In this document: in pieces, positions 36,618-45,183 of the stretch
Numbering within the stretch: the first letter of the stretch is position 1
How the letters are laid out: every line of letters starts with the position of its first letter
DNA from: a virus
Lineage: Duplodnaviria > Caudoviricetes
Virus record (IMG/VR): IMGVR_UViG_3300025137_005870
Coordinates: 30,500 to 94,499 of that record
DNA length: 64,000 nucleotides
Strand: one strand, 5' to 3'
Notes under the pieces: model-generated
Seen by the model: the letters and a program-made list of their open reading frames with translations, nothing else
Told to the model about the DNA's origin: nothing
Database searches by the model: none
Translations under genes and position numbers: made by a program

Positions 36618-36981
36618 ACCCCATATCGTAGTTTATACCTGTCCAACTGAACGTAGAATTTGCTGTCTCTTCCCAAATGTAGCCCCTAACTGCGCTTTTC
36701 GTCTCTGTCTGGGGGCGCTTACCGGCGTTCATCAGGATAGCGCCGTCTTTACGGCGAACAAAACCAAAGATGCTCGGTCGCGGGGCTGTGCCAAGCCAAG
36801 CGTTTTTATCTTTTGGGGTCGCTGTAGCGATGATTTTCCAGTATTTAGGCCCCTTTTTGGTCGTAACTGTCCAGTTATCACCATAAGTGCGCGCGTTTTC
36901 GTGTTCTTCAAGGCATTGCTGGATAGAGCCGATGAAACGCTCTAAATACCATTCTAGTTCTTCTTGTGTGCGCTCTTCCAT
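36613..36981 (-). CDS. Conserved phage hypothetical protein
   Basis: GPKYWKI...FGFV...DGAIL...VRG. Confidence 0.7.
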   Translation of the reverse strand: MEERTQEELEWYLERFIGSIQQCLEEHENARTYGDNWTVTTKKGPKYWKIIATATPKDKNAWLGTAPRPSIFGFVRRKDGAILMNAGKRPQTETKSAVRGYIWEETANSTFSWTGINYDMGS

Positions 36982-36983
36982 TA

Positions 36984-37418
36984 TCACATTCCGTATGCGA
37001 TTGTTGGCTTAAAACCAATGATTTCTTCGATGTTATCAGCCACAAGCTCAATCTGATATGGACCACTATCAAAATGTTCCTCTGGCGAGTCAAGATACAG
37101 GTCCAACCACTCATTTAGGTTCTTGACTTTTGAAGATCCCGGTCCTGCTGCCTGACCCAAAGCCCAAGCGATAAGTGTATCTGCGCCTAGAACCTCAACA
37201 ATCTCTTCATTAGAATAACTGTCAATGTAATCTTCCCAATGATCACGGGCGTGTTGTCCAGCATCTTCCTCGCTTTTGAAGACGTAGATCTCTGTCCAGT
37301 TTCCTGATTCATCTTTTAGAGAGATGACGGCGTGGTCATCAAAACTCGTAACATCACTTTCACCGATGGTGAAAAACTTCTTCTTCATAATTTCTGAATC
37401 TAATTTAATAAATGACAT
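36984..37418 (-). CDS. Acidic hypothetical protein
   Basis: GAGG SD before MSFIKL. Confidence 0.7.
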   Translation of the reverse strand: MSFIKLDSEIMKKKFFTIGESDVTSFDDHAVISLKDESGNWTEIYVFKSEEDAGQHARDHWEDYIDSYSNEEIVEVLGADTLIAWALGQAAGPGSSKVKNLNEWLDLYLDSPEEHFDSGPYQIELVADNIEEIIGFKPTIAYGM

Positions 37419-37598
37419 TTTGTCCTCTGGAGATAAAGTAGGTATGGGTTCCGGTTTCCGCATGTCTTTGGCGCGGGACCACCACCCTAGCCAACCTTCA
37501 ACTGGTTTGTCCCCCGTAAGGGGGAACAGCGTTCGTTGTTGGCGTTGAACGCTAGTAATAATCCTTAGTTCTTTTTATAAGAACCCATACCCACTAAA

Positions 37599-37772
37599 TC
37601 AAACTTTTGTTTCTACTGTTTTCAGTTCTGCTTCTTGAGAAATCAGGGTTGAACCACGGTTATTACCCTTGATCCACATCACGCGCCAGCAGTTAGAAAC
37701 GGCTGGACGGTTGACGATGACGCCGACAGAACCTTTAGAATTGCGATTTTGAACATAACTACCAATGTGCAT
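37599..37772 (-). CDS. Small SH3/KOW-like protein
   Basis: MHIGSYV...GVIV...WRVMW...ELKTV; GAGG SD. Confidence 0.65.
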   Translation of the reverse strand: MHIGSYVQNRNSKGSVGVIVNRPAVSNCWRVMWIKGNNRGSTLISQEAELKTVETKV

Positions 37773-37803
37773 AGATGCCTCTTTGTTTGTGGGACGATGC
37801 CCG

Positions 37804-37871
37804 ATTTGTATATACATTATACTAGATTTTGAGTCTGAAGTCAAGACTTTAAATGTCAAGGGAATGTCAAG
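37804..37871 (-). repeat. 68-bp promoter repeat, copy 7
   Basis: Same consensus. Confidence 0.9.
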
Positions 37872-38874
37872 AGGCTTTTTTGCGCTTTGAAAGACGACTA
37901 TCGATGTGCTTACGAAGGTCGCCTTTCTGGATTCTCTTGTAAGACCCCTTTGAAACCGCAATAAAAGTATTTGGGTTATCCTTTTGGTGCTCCATAATCT
38001 CATGAACCAAACCAGCAGTCATTCGATATTGGTTCTTAAACTTACTCTTACAATCTTCTTGAATCTTTTTACCAAATCGTTCGGGTAACTTACTACCCAC
38101 AGCCTCAATAAAAAATTCTTCAAACTCAGAGCCACAGGCACCATTAGGGCGCAACGCGGGGTATGCCGAGAACAGAATACAGAGGCTCCTAAGCATTTCG
38201 CCAGAAATTGGCTTATCTTCTTTTCTAGGGTTCTTACACTTCATAACAAGTTCCTTAGCCTCACGAACCATATCTACTTCCTCGGATGCGTCCACAGCCG
38301 CCTTGAGACTGTTAAATTTCACCGGCACGCCACAGTCATCACCAACAAAACCACCGTCTTCATGGCTACAATACACATACATTCCAGAATTGTTTAGGAT
38401 GTTTGCATAATCTTGAACCTTTTCGTCGCCAGCATAAACACTGTGAACAAAAGTTTGCTCGGATGTAATGGCAGTCTTACAAGTTTTATTTGTTTGAACA
38501 AATAATCTGTGAATATCTGCCTTTGTATCTACATCAATAACTTGCATGGGCATTGTTTCAACATCCGGGTATGTCATTTTGAAAAGGTGCCTAGAGTGGT
38601 CGCCATCGAAAACAAACACCTTGCCAGTGTCAGCGCATCGGCCTGCGCGAGGCGGTTGCCACATATCACCGTCAAAGCCTCCACGAACCTTTAGGTTTTT
38701 TCGCAGATTCTTTATCTCTGTATCACGATTGATCAGAGAAGGTGTGTTAACTGACAAATCCTCTATTCTTGCGGCATATTCACTGGCTGTCTTTGGAGCA
38801 TGGTTTATAACTTTTGTGCTGATATCTCCATAGCTGTCTTGCGCGATACCTTTGTTTGTAATCAAATTACTCAT
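37867..38874 (-). CDS. ParB/DGQHR-like domain protein
   Basis: PP...VFVFDGDHSRHL...LFVQTN. Confidence 0.55.
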   Translation of the reverse strand: MSNLITNKGIAQDSYGDISTKVINHAPKTASEYAARIEDLSVNTPSLINRDTEIKNLRKNLKVRGGFDGDMWQPPRAGRCADTGKVFVFDGDHSRHLFKMTYPDVETMPMQVIDVDTKADIHRLFVQTNKTCKTAITSEQTFVHSVYAGDEKVQDYANILNNSGMYVYCSHEDGGFVGDDCGVPVKFNSLKAAVDASEEVDMVREAKELVMKCKNPRKEDKPISGEMLRSLCILFSAYPALRPNGACGSEFEEFFIEAVGSKLPERFGKKIQEDCKSKFKNQYRMTAGLVHEIMEHQKDNPNTFIAVSKGSYKRIQKGDLRKHIDSRLSKRKKAS

Positions 38875-38919
38875 TTCAATCTCTCTTCTCTGGGTTGTGT
38901 GGTTGAGGCTCTTCCTCAA

Positions 38920-38987
38920 CCTTACATACATATTATACTAAATTTTGAGTCTGAAGTCAAGACTTTTAATGTCAAGGAAATGTCAAG
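38920..38987 (-). repeat. 68-bp promoter repeat, copy 8
   Basis: Same consensus. Confidence 0.9.
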
Positions 38988-39498
38988 AGCGGTTATCAAA
39001 GTATGAAGCAACCATATCAGACGCTTGCTTGAACAAAATAATATTACCCTCGGTCATAACGTCCAGTAGTGCAGCCTTCTCTTTCATAAAAACCTTCGCA
39101 AAGTTAGGATCATCCTTGATAATGCTCTTGCCATTGCTGATGAGGTCTGCCAGTTTGACAGTCTTGGCATCGGGTGATGCTTCGGCTGTGTGTTGGCGAT
39201 CAAGCTCCTTTCTCAACGCTCGGTTACCATCTTCTGGCTTGCTTACGTCGGTCAAGTCGCTGACCAGTGCGGCCACACGAGGGCCGAACTCATCTTTGAT
39301 TTCCTTGATAGATACTGGAGTATCCTCTACCACGTCGTGCAACAACGCAGCAGCCTGCATCTCGGGATCATCGATAACCTGCTTTACAAGCTCCATAACC
39401 TCGATTGGGTGGACGATGTAAGGTTCACCAGTATACTTACGGACCTGACCTTTGTGGGCCTCCGTCGCGAACTCCAATGCTTTCTTTACTACCGTCAT
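38983..39498 (-). CDS. HD-domain hydrolase, RelA/SpoT-HD (Mesh1/SAH)-like
   Basis: AHKGQVRKYTGEPYIVHP, AALLHDVVED, VKLADLISN. Confidence 0.88.
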   Translation of the reverse strand: MTVVKKALEFATEAHKGQVRKYTGEPYIVHPIEVMELVKQVIDDPEMQAAALLHDVVEDTPVSIKEIKDEFGPRVAALVSDLTDVSKPEDGNRALRKELDRQHTAEASPDAKTVKLADLISNGKSIIKDDPNFAKVFMKEKAALLDVMTEGNIILFKQASDMVASYFDNRS

Positions 39499-39519
39499 AT
39501 AATCCCCCAGTTTAAAAAA

Positions 39520-39596
39520 TGGTACGCCCTGTAGGATTCGAACCTACGACCCTCGGCTTAGAAGGCCGATGCTCTATCCAACTGAGCTAAGGGCGC
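39520..39596 (-). tRNA. tRNA-Arg(UCU)
   Basis: TCGGC CT TCT AA GCCGA; encoded CCA. Confidence 0.95.
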
Positions 39597-39799
39597 TCAT
39601 TGTTAGCTTAGAAGCCGTTAAGACGGAATACGAAGTTGATCACCCATTGGATCGCCCACGCACCGACACCTAAACAAAGGATCCAGTAAGCCACGCCAAG
39701 GCAGGCTCCAAGCGGGTTTTGGAGTGCTGAAGTGATTCCGGTTTTAACACTATCTACTATTTGCATTTTTACCTCGCTGGTTTAAGGGACTGCCGCCCC

Positions 39800-39866
39800 A
39801 TTTGTTTATACATTATACACCCAAACGCGGGCGAAGTCAACAAGTAAGATGTCACGAAATGTCACG
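39800..39866 (-). repeat. Degenerate promoter repeat, copy 9
   Basis: GTGACA-N5-GTGACA...TTGACT-N17-TATAAT. Confidence 0.65.
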
Positions 39867-39890
39867 GAGAACATTATCCTAGTTAAAAAG

Positions 39891-39964
39891 TGGGCTCTCT
39901 CGGACTCGAACCGAGGACCATCCGGGTATGAGCCGGGTGCTCTGACCAACTGAGCTAAGAGCCC
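39891..39964 (-). tRNA. tRNA with CAU anticodon (elongator Met or Ile2)
   Basis: GGGCTCT/AGAGCCC-A stem; CT CAT AC loop. Confidence 0.88.
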
Positions 39965-39977
39965 TTGAGAACTGAAG

Positions 39978-40050
39978 TAGGGCTGGGTGGATTTGAACCA
40001 CCGGCCAATCGCATATAAGGCGACTGCTCTAACCTCTGAGCTACAGCCCC
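39978..40050 (-). tRNA. tRNA-Ile(UAU)
   Basis: GGGGCTG/CAGCCCT-A; GTCGC CT TAT AT GCGAT. Confidence 0.85.
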
Positions 40051-40058
40051 ATAAAATG

Positions 40059-40132
40059 CGCCCCTTGCTGGATTCGAACCAACGACACGCGGATTAACAG
40101 TCCGCTGCTCTAACCAACTGAGCTAAAGGGGC
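40059..40132 (-). tRNA. tRNA-Asn(GUU)
   Basis: GCGGA CT GTT AA TCCGC; discriminator G. Confidence 0.93.
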
Positions 40133-40139
40133 TTAAAAA

Positions 40140-41141
40140 CTATCTTCCAATCATTAATATTTCACGGGCTTTGGTAGCCTCGTATTCACCGCCTTCATTC
40201 TTCTTTTTCCTGCCGACAGTGTATGTAACATCAAAATATACGAGCTTGTTTGTACCTTTTCTGGTGGTAAAGAAGTTATCGCCCAAGTCCCGATTTGATA
40301 AAAGGCAGTATGAACCTTTACTCTTGCTGTCTTCAAAGAATTTGATAACCGTTTCTTGGAAATCATCATCTTTCTTGGTGTTGTAGTCTGCGAACCCTCC
40401 TCGATAAGGCGGGTCCAAATAGACAAACGAATCATTACAGGCATGTTCTAAGGTTTCTTTAAAGTCTCCATCCAAAATGGTCGCGTTCTGTAGTGCGACG
40501 TTCCAAGATAACACGTTGTCCTTATCATAAATCGATTCTTTGTGCCTCATGAGGCCACATGGTGTGTTGAATAGGTCAGTGCCTGCCTTGGCTTGCCAAA
40601 CGCCGTTAAAGGCCGTTTTCATAAGGAAATAGAGGTATGCTGCTCTCTTGGTTGCGCTCCAGTTATGGAGATTCTCTTGGTACAAAGCACGAGTCTTAAA
40701 GAAGAAAGTTCTTCGCGAGGGACGGATTTGATATATCTTGTCCCAATCGTAAGTATTCCCTTTTAACTTGTATTTCTTTTCTAAATCTTTATCAGGCGCG
40801 CCGCCTTCAAGACCTAACCATTCTGTTTTCTTCTTGCCGTCAGTTACAGTAACTTGCTTGTAAGTCGGCGGGAGAAGTGCAATATACTGAGATTCTAGGT
40901 CGTCAAGAATGTCACAAAAATCTTGTAAGTCACCCTTGATAGCTCGATAAATCTCCATAATGTATGGATTTATATCATTAATCACAAATTTAGCACTTGG
41001 ATTTTTGGCGTATGCCCATGTAAATACGGCTCCACCACCAAAAAAGGGCTCGATGTATGTATCAAAACTCTCCGGTAGATGTTTAGCAAAAGTATCGAGC
41101 AACTTGGTTTTACCACCAGCCCACATAAACAATGGCTTCAT
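40140..41141 (-). CDS. D12-class N6-adenine DNA methyltransferase (Dam-like)
   Basis: WAGGK, YIEPFFGGGAV, INDIN, YLDPPY. Confidence 0.92.
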   Translation of the reverse strand: MKPLFMWAGGKTKLLDTFAKHLPESFDTYIEPFFGGGAVFTWAYAKNPSAKFVINDINPYIMEIYRAIKGDLQDFCDILDDLESQYIALLPPTYKQVTVTDGKKKTEWLGLEGGAPDKDLEKKYKLKGNTYDWDKIYQIRPSRRTFFFKTRALYQENLHNWSATKRAAYLYFLMKTAFNGVWQAKAGTDLFNTPCGLMRHKESIYDKDNVLSWNVALQNATILDGDFKETLEHACNDSFVYLDPPYRGGFADYNTKKDDDFQETVIKFFEDSKSKGSYCLLSNRDLGDNFFTTRKGTNKLVYFDVTYTVGRKKKNEGGEYEATKAREILMIGR

Positions 41142-41626
41142 TAAATAATCTCCATGATCTGTTCAGCTACATCTTTGATGTTTGTAAAGTCTGGCTCTAT
41201 GATTGCATATGGAACACCATACAAATCAACTTTCAATTTATTCTGATAGTCTTCCCTCTGAAAAGTATCTCCCGAAAAGGCTAGGAAGATTGGATACTTT
41301 GGTGTGTTCGGGTGCATCTCTCTGACCGTCTTTACGACGCCCTCCGTGATCATCTTGTAAACCCTCTCATGGGCGTTACCACCGTTGTTCCCTGTTTTCT
41401 TTTCAATAAATACGAACCGGCTTGTTTCGTTGTTAGTAACTTTAGCATCAAGTATTATGCCTTTGCCATTGGGATAAATTTTCACCTTTGGAGGCTTTAG
41501 TTGGACGGTGTAATGGTCAGGTAGGCTTTTCGCCAGATGTCTGACGAACTCGTTTTCACCAGTGTCTCCTGTGACCCTTGCTCCCATCTGCCAGTTTCCG
41601 CGATTAGATAAATGATTTGCGCTCAT
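41141..41626 (-). CDS. Putative type II restriction endonuclease (MunI/EcoRI-like motif)
   Basis: ILD...FIEKKT...GNAHER; translationally coupled to the MTase. Confidence 0.6.
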   Translation of the reverse strand: MSANHLSNRGNWQMGARVTGDTGENEFVRHLAKSLPDHYTVQLKPPKVKIYPNGKGIILDAKVTNNETSRFVFIEKKTGNNGGNAHERVYKMITEGVVKTVREMHPNTPKYPIFLAFSGDTFQREDYQNKLKVDLYGVPYAIIEPDFTNIKDVAEQIMEII

Positions 41627-41627
41627 A

Positions 41628-41837
41628 CTACCTTCCTACCCATCGGGCATCGCCGACGGTCATAACGGGCTGGTAGGCCCCTTTATTAAATGATGGTGCT
41701 GAGCAACGGGAACGATGGTCGGCCACTCGATGGGCACGACGATCTCCACATTCCAAACACAGATGATAACCTAATTCTAGGCGACGAGCAGGATACTCTT
41801 CACCACACAATTTACATTCAGCCAATGCAACCCCCAC
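41628..41837 (-). CDS. DksA/TraR-like C4 zinc-finger protein
   Basis: CKLCGEEYPARRLELGYHLCLEC; upstream sigma70-like promoter. Confidence 0.6.
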   Translation of the reverse strand: MGVALAECKLCGEEYPARRLELGYHLCLECGDRRAHRVADHRSRCSAPSFNKGAYQPVMTVGDARWVGR

Positions 41838-41896
41838 GCTACATATACATTATAGCACGTCCCCGTGCCGAAGTCAAGCAGAAAATATAAAAAACT

Positions 41897-42082
41897 TTAA
41901 GCGTCTGCTGGTTCTGAACCGAGCCACCAGAGAACAACGTGTTCAAAGCCTAGTTCTAAGTCTTTTTTAAGCATCGCATCGTCGATCACTTTCTTGATTT
42001 CTACTGCCTGCTTCATCTCTTCTTTCGTAATATCCAAGTCGCCAAGTTCCAAAACCATATCTTTCAAGCTCCGTTTGCTCAT
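41897..42082 (-). CDS. Hypothetical protein
   Basis: AGGA SD; upstream TTGACA...TATAAT. Confidence 0.55.
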   Translation of the reverse strand: MSKRSLKDMVLELGDLDITKEEMKQAVEIKKVIDDAMLKKDLELGFEHVVLWWLGSEPADA

Positions 42083-42175
42083 GTGAGTATCTTATTAAGG
42101 TGTGTAGCTCTCCCACACATATATATTATAACCGCTTGGGGGGTCTGTGTCAAGGGTCTTGACACATTTTTTACA

Positions 42176-43114
42176 TTATCGCACTGACATGAGTTCATCG
42201 TAGGCTTTGGCCTTTAGATCTGAAAGTCTCTTTAACTCCTCGCTCCTGCGAAGCACCTTGAAAGCTAGGTTTTCAACAGAAAACTGTCCTGCTCCCTCTA
42301 GCCCAGCCTTTCGCATATTCCGTATCTTTGTCTTCAATCGGTCGATTGCGTCCAATACTTTATCTTCTTCGCCGTCTTTCATCATTCGCTCAATATCATC
42401 GATGCGATCTGACATATCCTGTGCCTTCTTCTCTATATTTGCATAGTCGATACTGGCTGCTTCGGGCTTTGGTTCGGTCAACCACTCGTCATTCTCAACC
42501 GAGTAAACCCCAGTTGAAAGGTGGGGTTCGTTAGTATCTTGGAAATAGATTTCTACCTCGTAGTCATCCATATAAATGTCGTGAGTGTTGTTCCAGTTCG
42601 TTTGTAGATTTCTAAAAAACTGACTTACAAGCTCTTGATTGTCATCCACCTTAGTGAAGTCTAACAGGATGTGGAGGTCCACGTCCGAGAACTTTGACCA
42701 GTTGTAGTTAGCCAAAGAGCCGGTTAAAGTTATATCTTCAACATCTATATCAAATGGAAGATCAATAATAAAGTCTTTTACAATCTTTAAAAGTGCTTCT
42801 CTAACCTCGGGCTTTAACTTGTCGCCCTCCCAAACATTAGGTTCCAAGGTATCATTTACCTCGAAAGAACGGAGAGCGTCAGCACTGATCTTCTCCTGTA
42901 GTCCTTCAAACCTTAGCTTTGACGTACCGGCTCGTTGGACCTTCCCCGTAAACGGTGGTCCACTCTTCTTATTCTTAATACCGCCCATCGTTGAGTAAAT
43001 GTCATTTCTTCGGCGCTGGGCTTTGTATCGCTTTTGTGCTGCGGATTTAAATGGAGTTTGTTCCATCGCTTCCGTCAGGCGCTTGAAGTTCTTCCATTTA
43101 CTTGAAAAGGACAT
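42176..43114 (-). CDS. Pol-beta-like nucleotidyltransferase with N-terminal leader
   Basis: LTGSLANYNWSKFSDVDLH (GS-x-DxD), YEVEIY. Confidence 0.85.
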   Translation of the reverse strand: MSFSSKWKNFKRLTEAMEQTPFKSAAQKRYKAQRRRNDIYSTMGGIKNKKSGPPFTGKVQRAGTSKLRFEGLQEKISADALRSFEVNDTLEPNVWEGDKLKPEVREALLKIVKDFIIDLPFDIDVEDITLTGSLANYNWSKFSDVDLHILLDFTKVDDNQELVSQFFRNLQTNWNNTHDIYMDDYEVEIYFQDTNEPHLSTGVYSVENDEWLTEPKPEAASIDYANIEKKAQDMSDRIDDIERMMKDGEEDKVLDAIDRLKTKIRNMRKAGLEGAGQFSVENLAFKVLRRSEELKRLSDLKAKAYDELMSVR

Positions 43115-43336
43115 TTAGTTCCCCATTTTATCAATAGCAGAGACTAAAGCCTTTGCATCGTTAAAGTCAATGTCATCCTCACCAATGCCTTCGGCTCTGG
43201 CTTCTTCCTGCCAGTATTCCAAGCAGCCTTCAGCGTTAGGATTGCGTCTGCAATATTCCTCTTGGAAGTTACCTTCTCGCAACTTCTGGATCTCTTCTTT
43301 GATGATTTCTTTCAATCTGTTCTTTGTAATTCTCAT
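43115..43336 (-). CDS. Small protein with MRITKNRLKEIIKEEI leader
   Basis: Leader motif; AGGAG SD; CTATTTATT upstream. Confidence 0.7.
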   Translation of the reverse strand: MRITKNRLKEIIKEEIQKLREGNFQEEYCRRNPNAEGCLEYWQEEARAEGIGEDDIDFNDAKALVSAIDKMGN

Positions 43337-43367
43337 TGTAAAAGCTCCTCTTTACACAATAAATAGT

Positions 43368-43703
43368 CTAAAACTCTTCTTGTCGTCCATCTGCCCAAGT
43401 AATAATCGTCTTGTTATCTGGGTGTGGACTGACGTGTACTTTCTTGAAATCACTTAGGCTTTCAAAGATCGCGATAGAACCCCTTGGAACCGGCGTTAGC
43501 CAGTGTAGTACCACCTGACCAGTTGCATACTGAACACCCTCAATCACAACTCCCGTGCCTGAGATCCCCGATTCGTCACCTTGGCGGCAAACTGTGAAAG
43601 TCTCAATACCGCGAGGGGCAAACTTTGTCGGTGGCTTCGGCTTTAGTTCCTCGGCATCAGTTGCAACTCTATCTTCTTCTGGCTGGTTTAGATTATCTTC
43701 CAT
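43368..43703 (-). CDS. Conserved phage hypothetical protein
   Basis: DESGISGTGVVIEGV...G.VV..W. Confidence 0.7.
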   Translation of the reverse strand: MEDNLNQPEEDRVATDAEELKPKPPTKFAPRGIETFTVCRQGDESGISGTGVVIEGVQYATGQVVLHWLTPVPRGSIAIFESLSDFKKVHVSPHPDNKTIITWADGRQEEF

Positions 43704-43714
43704 AGTTTAAATCC

Positions 43715-43930
43715 TTATGCGTCTCCGACAGGTTCCATCTTTGAGAGCATTTCTATAACTTGCTGCTCTTCCATTACTACTTTGGCTGCTTTGTCGGATT
43801 CGTGTATTTCATCTAACATAAACCAAAGCGATTCGTTCTCATCCTTATAAATCTCAATCTCTTTTAAAAGATGTTCGATTATAACAATAAGTTCTGCTTT
43901 GGTTTTGTTCTTCAAGGGTTGTTCTCCCAT
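43715..43930 (-). CDS. Coiled-coil hypothetical protein
   Basis: KTKAELI...ENESLW. Confidence 0.55.
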   Translation of the reverse strand: MGEQPLKNKTKAELIVIIEHLLKEIEIYKDENESLWFMLDEIHESDKAAKVVMEEQQVIEMLSKMEPVGDA

Positions 43931-43957
43931 ACACTAAATAGTATAACACGATGGTTT

Positions 43958-44677
43958 TCATTCGTCAAGTGATTCGAGATTAAAATCTAATAGATCTGTC
44001 ATCAACTTCCAGATAGGCACGATGTGAACGACATCTTCTATCGCGGTTGGTGTTCCAATCACATCGGTGCCCACTCCCACAGCAGTTAGGACACCAATCA
44101 AGCGACCCCATTCATCAAAGACACCTGATCCTGATGCTCCGCGCCAAGCATAGGAGTGCATATAATAATTTCCCTCACGGTTAATCGCAGAGATATAACC
44201 TTTGATTGTATACATAGCATCATCGTTGGGGTAGCCCGAATAAAGTGTGTTCTGGCCTACTTTTATGCTAGCCGGTTTGATTGGTCTGAACTTAACCGGC
44301 TTTAGGCTTGAGTGATTAGAAGGTAGCAGGACTGCGAGATCATTGTGAGCATCGTAATAAACGACCTGTGCCATAGTGGACTCTCCTAACGATTCCACAC
44401 CAACCAGCCACGGAGGGCCGCTTATGACGTGTGCGGCTGTCACAACGATAGTGTGGCCCTTGTATTTAAATGCTGTGCCTGTGCCAATTGAAATGTTGTC
44501 ATCGGGCCCGATCGATAAAATACGCACCGTTGCGTTTCTTGACTTGGCTATTAAACTCGTTGTTGTCTTTACAACCTGCAATGTTGGCGCATCTTCTGTT
44601 GTGTTACAAACCTCGATTGAAGGCTGCGTACACGACAGCGCCAAGAAAGACATTATCCCCCACAATATGTATCTCAT
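43958..44677 (-). CDS. Trypsin-like serine protease, lipoprotein
   Basis: Lipobox LALSC; TAAHV, DLAVL, GASGSG. Confidence 0.85.
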   Translation of the reverse strand: MRYILWGIMSFLALSCTQPSIEVCNTTEDAPTLQVVKTTTSLIAKSRNATVRILSIGPDDNISIGTGTAFKYKGHTIVVTAAHVISGPPWLVGVESLGESTMAQVVYYDAHNDLAVLLPSNHSSLKPVKFRPIKPASIKVGQNTLYSGYPNDDAMYTIKGYISAINREGNYYMHSYAWRGASGSGVFDEWGRLIGVLTAVGVGTDVIGTPTAIEDVVHIVPIWKLMTDLLDFNLESLDE

Positions 44678-44762
44678 AAAATTACCCCCCTATAAGTATA
44701 TAGGAGGTTTTTGCTTAAAAGGTACTATGTATCAGGTTTTAGCGGGTTTTGAAATAGGAGTT

Positions 44763-45005
44763 CTACTTTTTAAGTGTCTTTTTAACAGCTTTGAGAAGTT
44801 GAGCTATTAACTCTTCAATTTCCTCTGTTGTCCCGCCTGAGCCAGCAAGAAGTTCATCTACGTCGGTAACAAATCCGTCTTCGAACATAGAGAACTTGTA
44901 TAAATCTTCTTTAGATAGTTTTGGCTCTGGGCGAGCGCGGTCGGGAGGAAACTGAAGAACATTCCCTTCTAATAACTTTCGCCAGTTTTCAATCAGTAGT
45001 TTCAT
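44763..45005 (-). CDS. Small protein with MKLLIENWRK leader
   Basis: Leader motif. Confidence 0.7.
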   Translation of the reverse strand: MKLLIENWRKLLEGNVLQFPPDRARPEPKLSKEDLYKFSMFEDGFVTDVDELLAGSGGTTEEIEELIAQLLKAVKKTLKK

Positions 45006-45183
45006 TTCGTTTTACCAATGCGATGATGTCATCTAACTTAGATGATACACCTGTTTCAAAAAGAGGAGGGATAATAGAATGAATAAGGCACTTGGTCCCG
45101 GCTGTGAGCAGCAGAAAACTGATACCCATGGCGTGTTTCATGTGCTCGACATAAGTTTCGTTGTTCTCTTTAAGATGCTTCAT
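44989..45183 (-). CDS. Small conserved hypothetical protein
   Basis: HLKENNETYVEH...LIHSIIP.LF. Confidence 0.65.
   Translation of the reverse strand: MKHLKENNETYVEHMKHAMGISFLLLTAGTKCLIHSIIPPLFETGVSSKLDDIIALVKRNETTD

Noticed and set aside
35342-38931. Shared N-terminal MYVR peptide on three ORFs (35368, 36561, 38931)
   Set aside because: The ATG directly follows the TATAAT box of the promoter repeat, upstream of the expected TSS. Better starts lie downstream.
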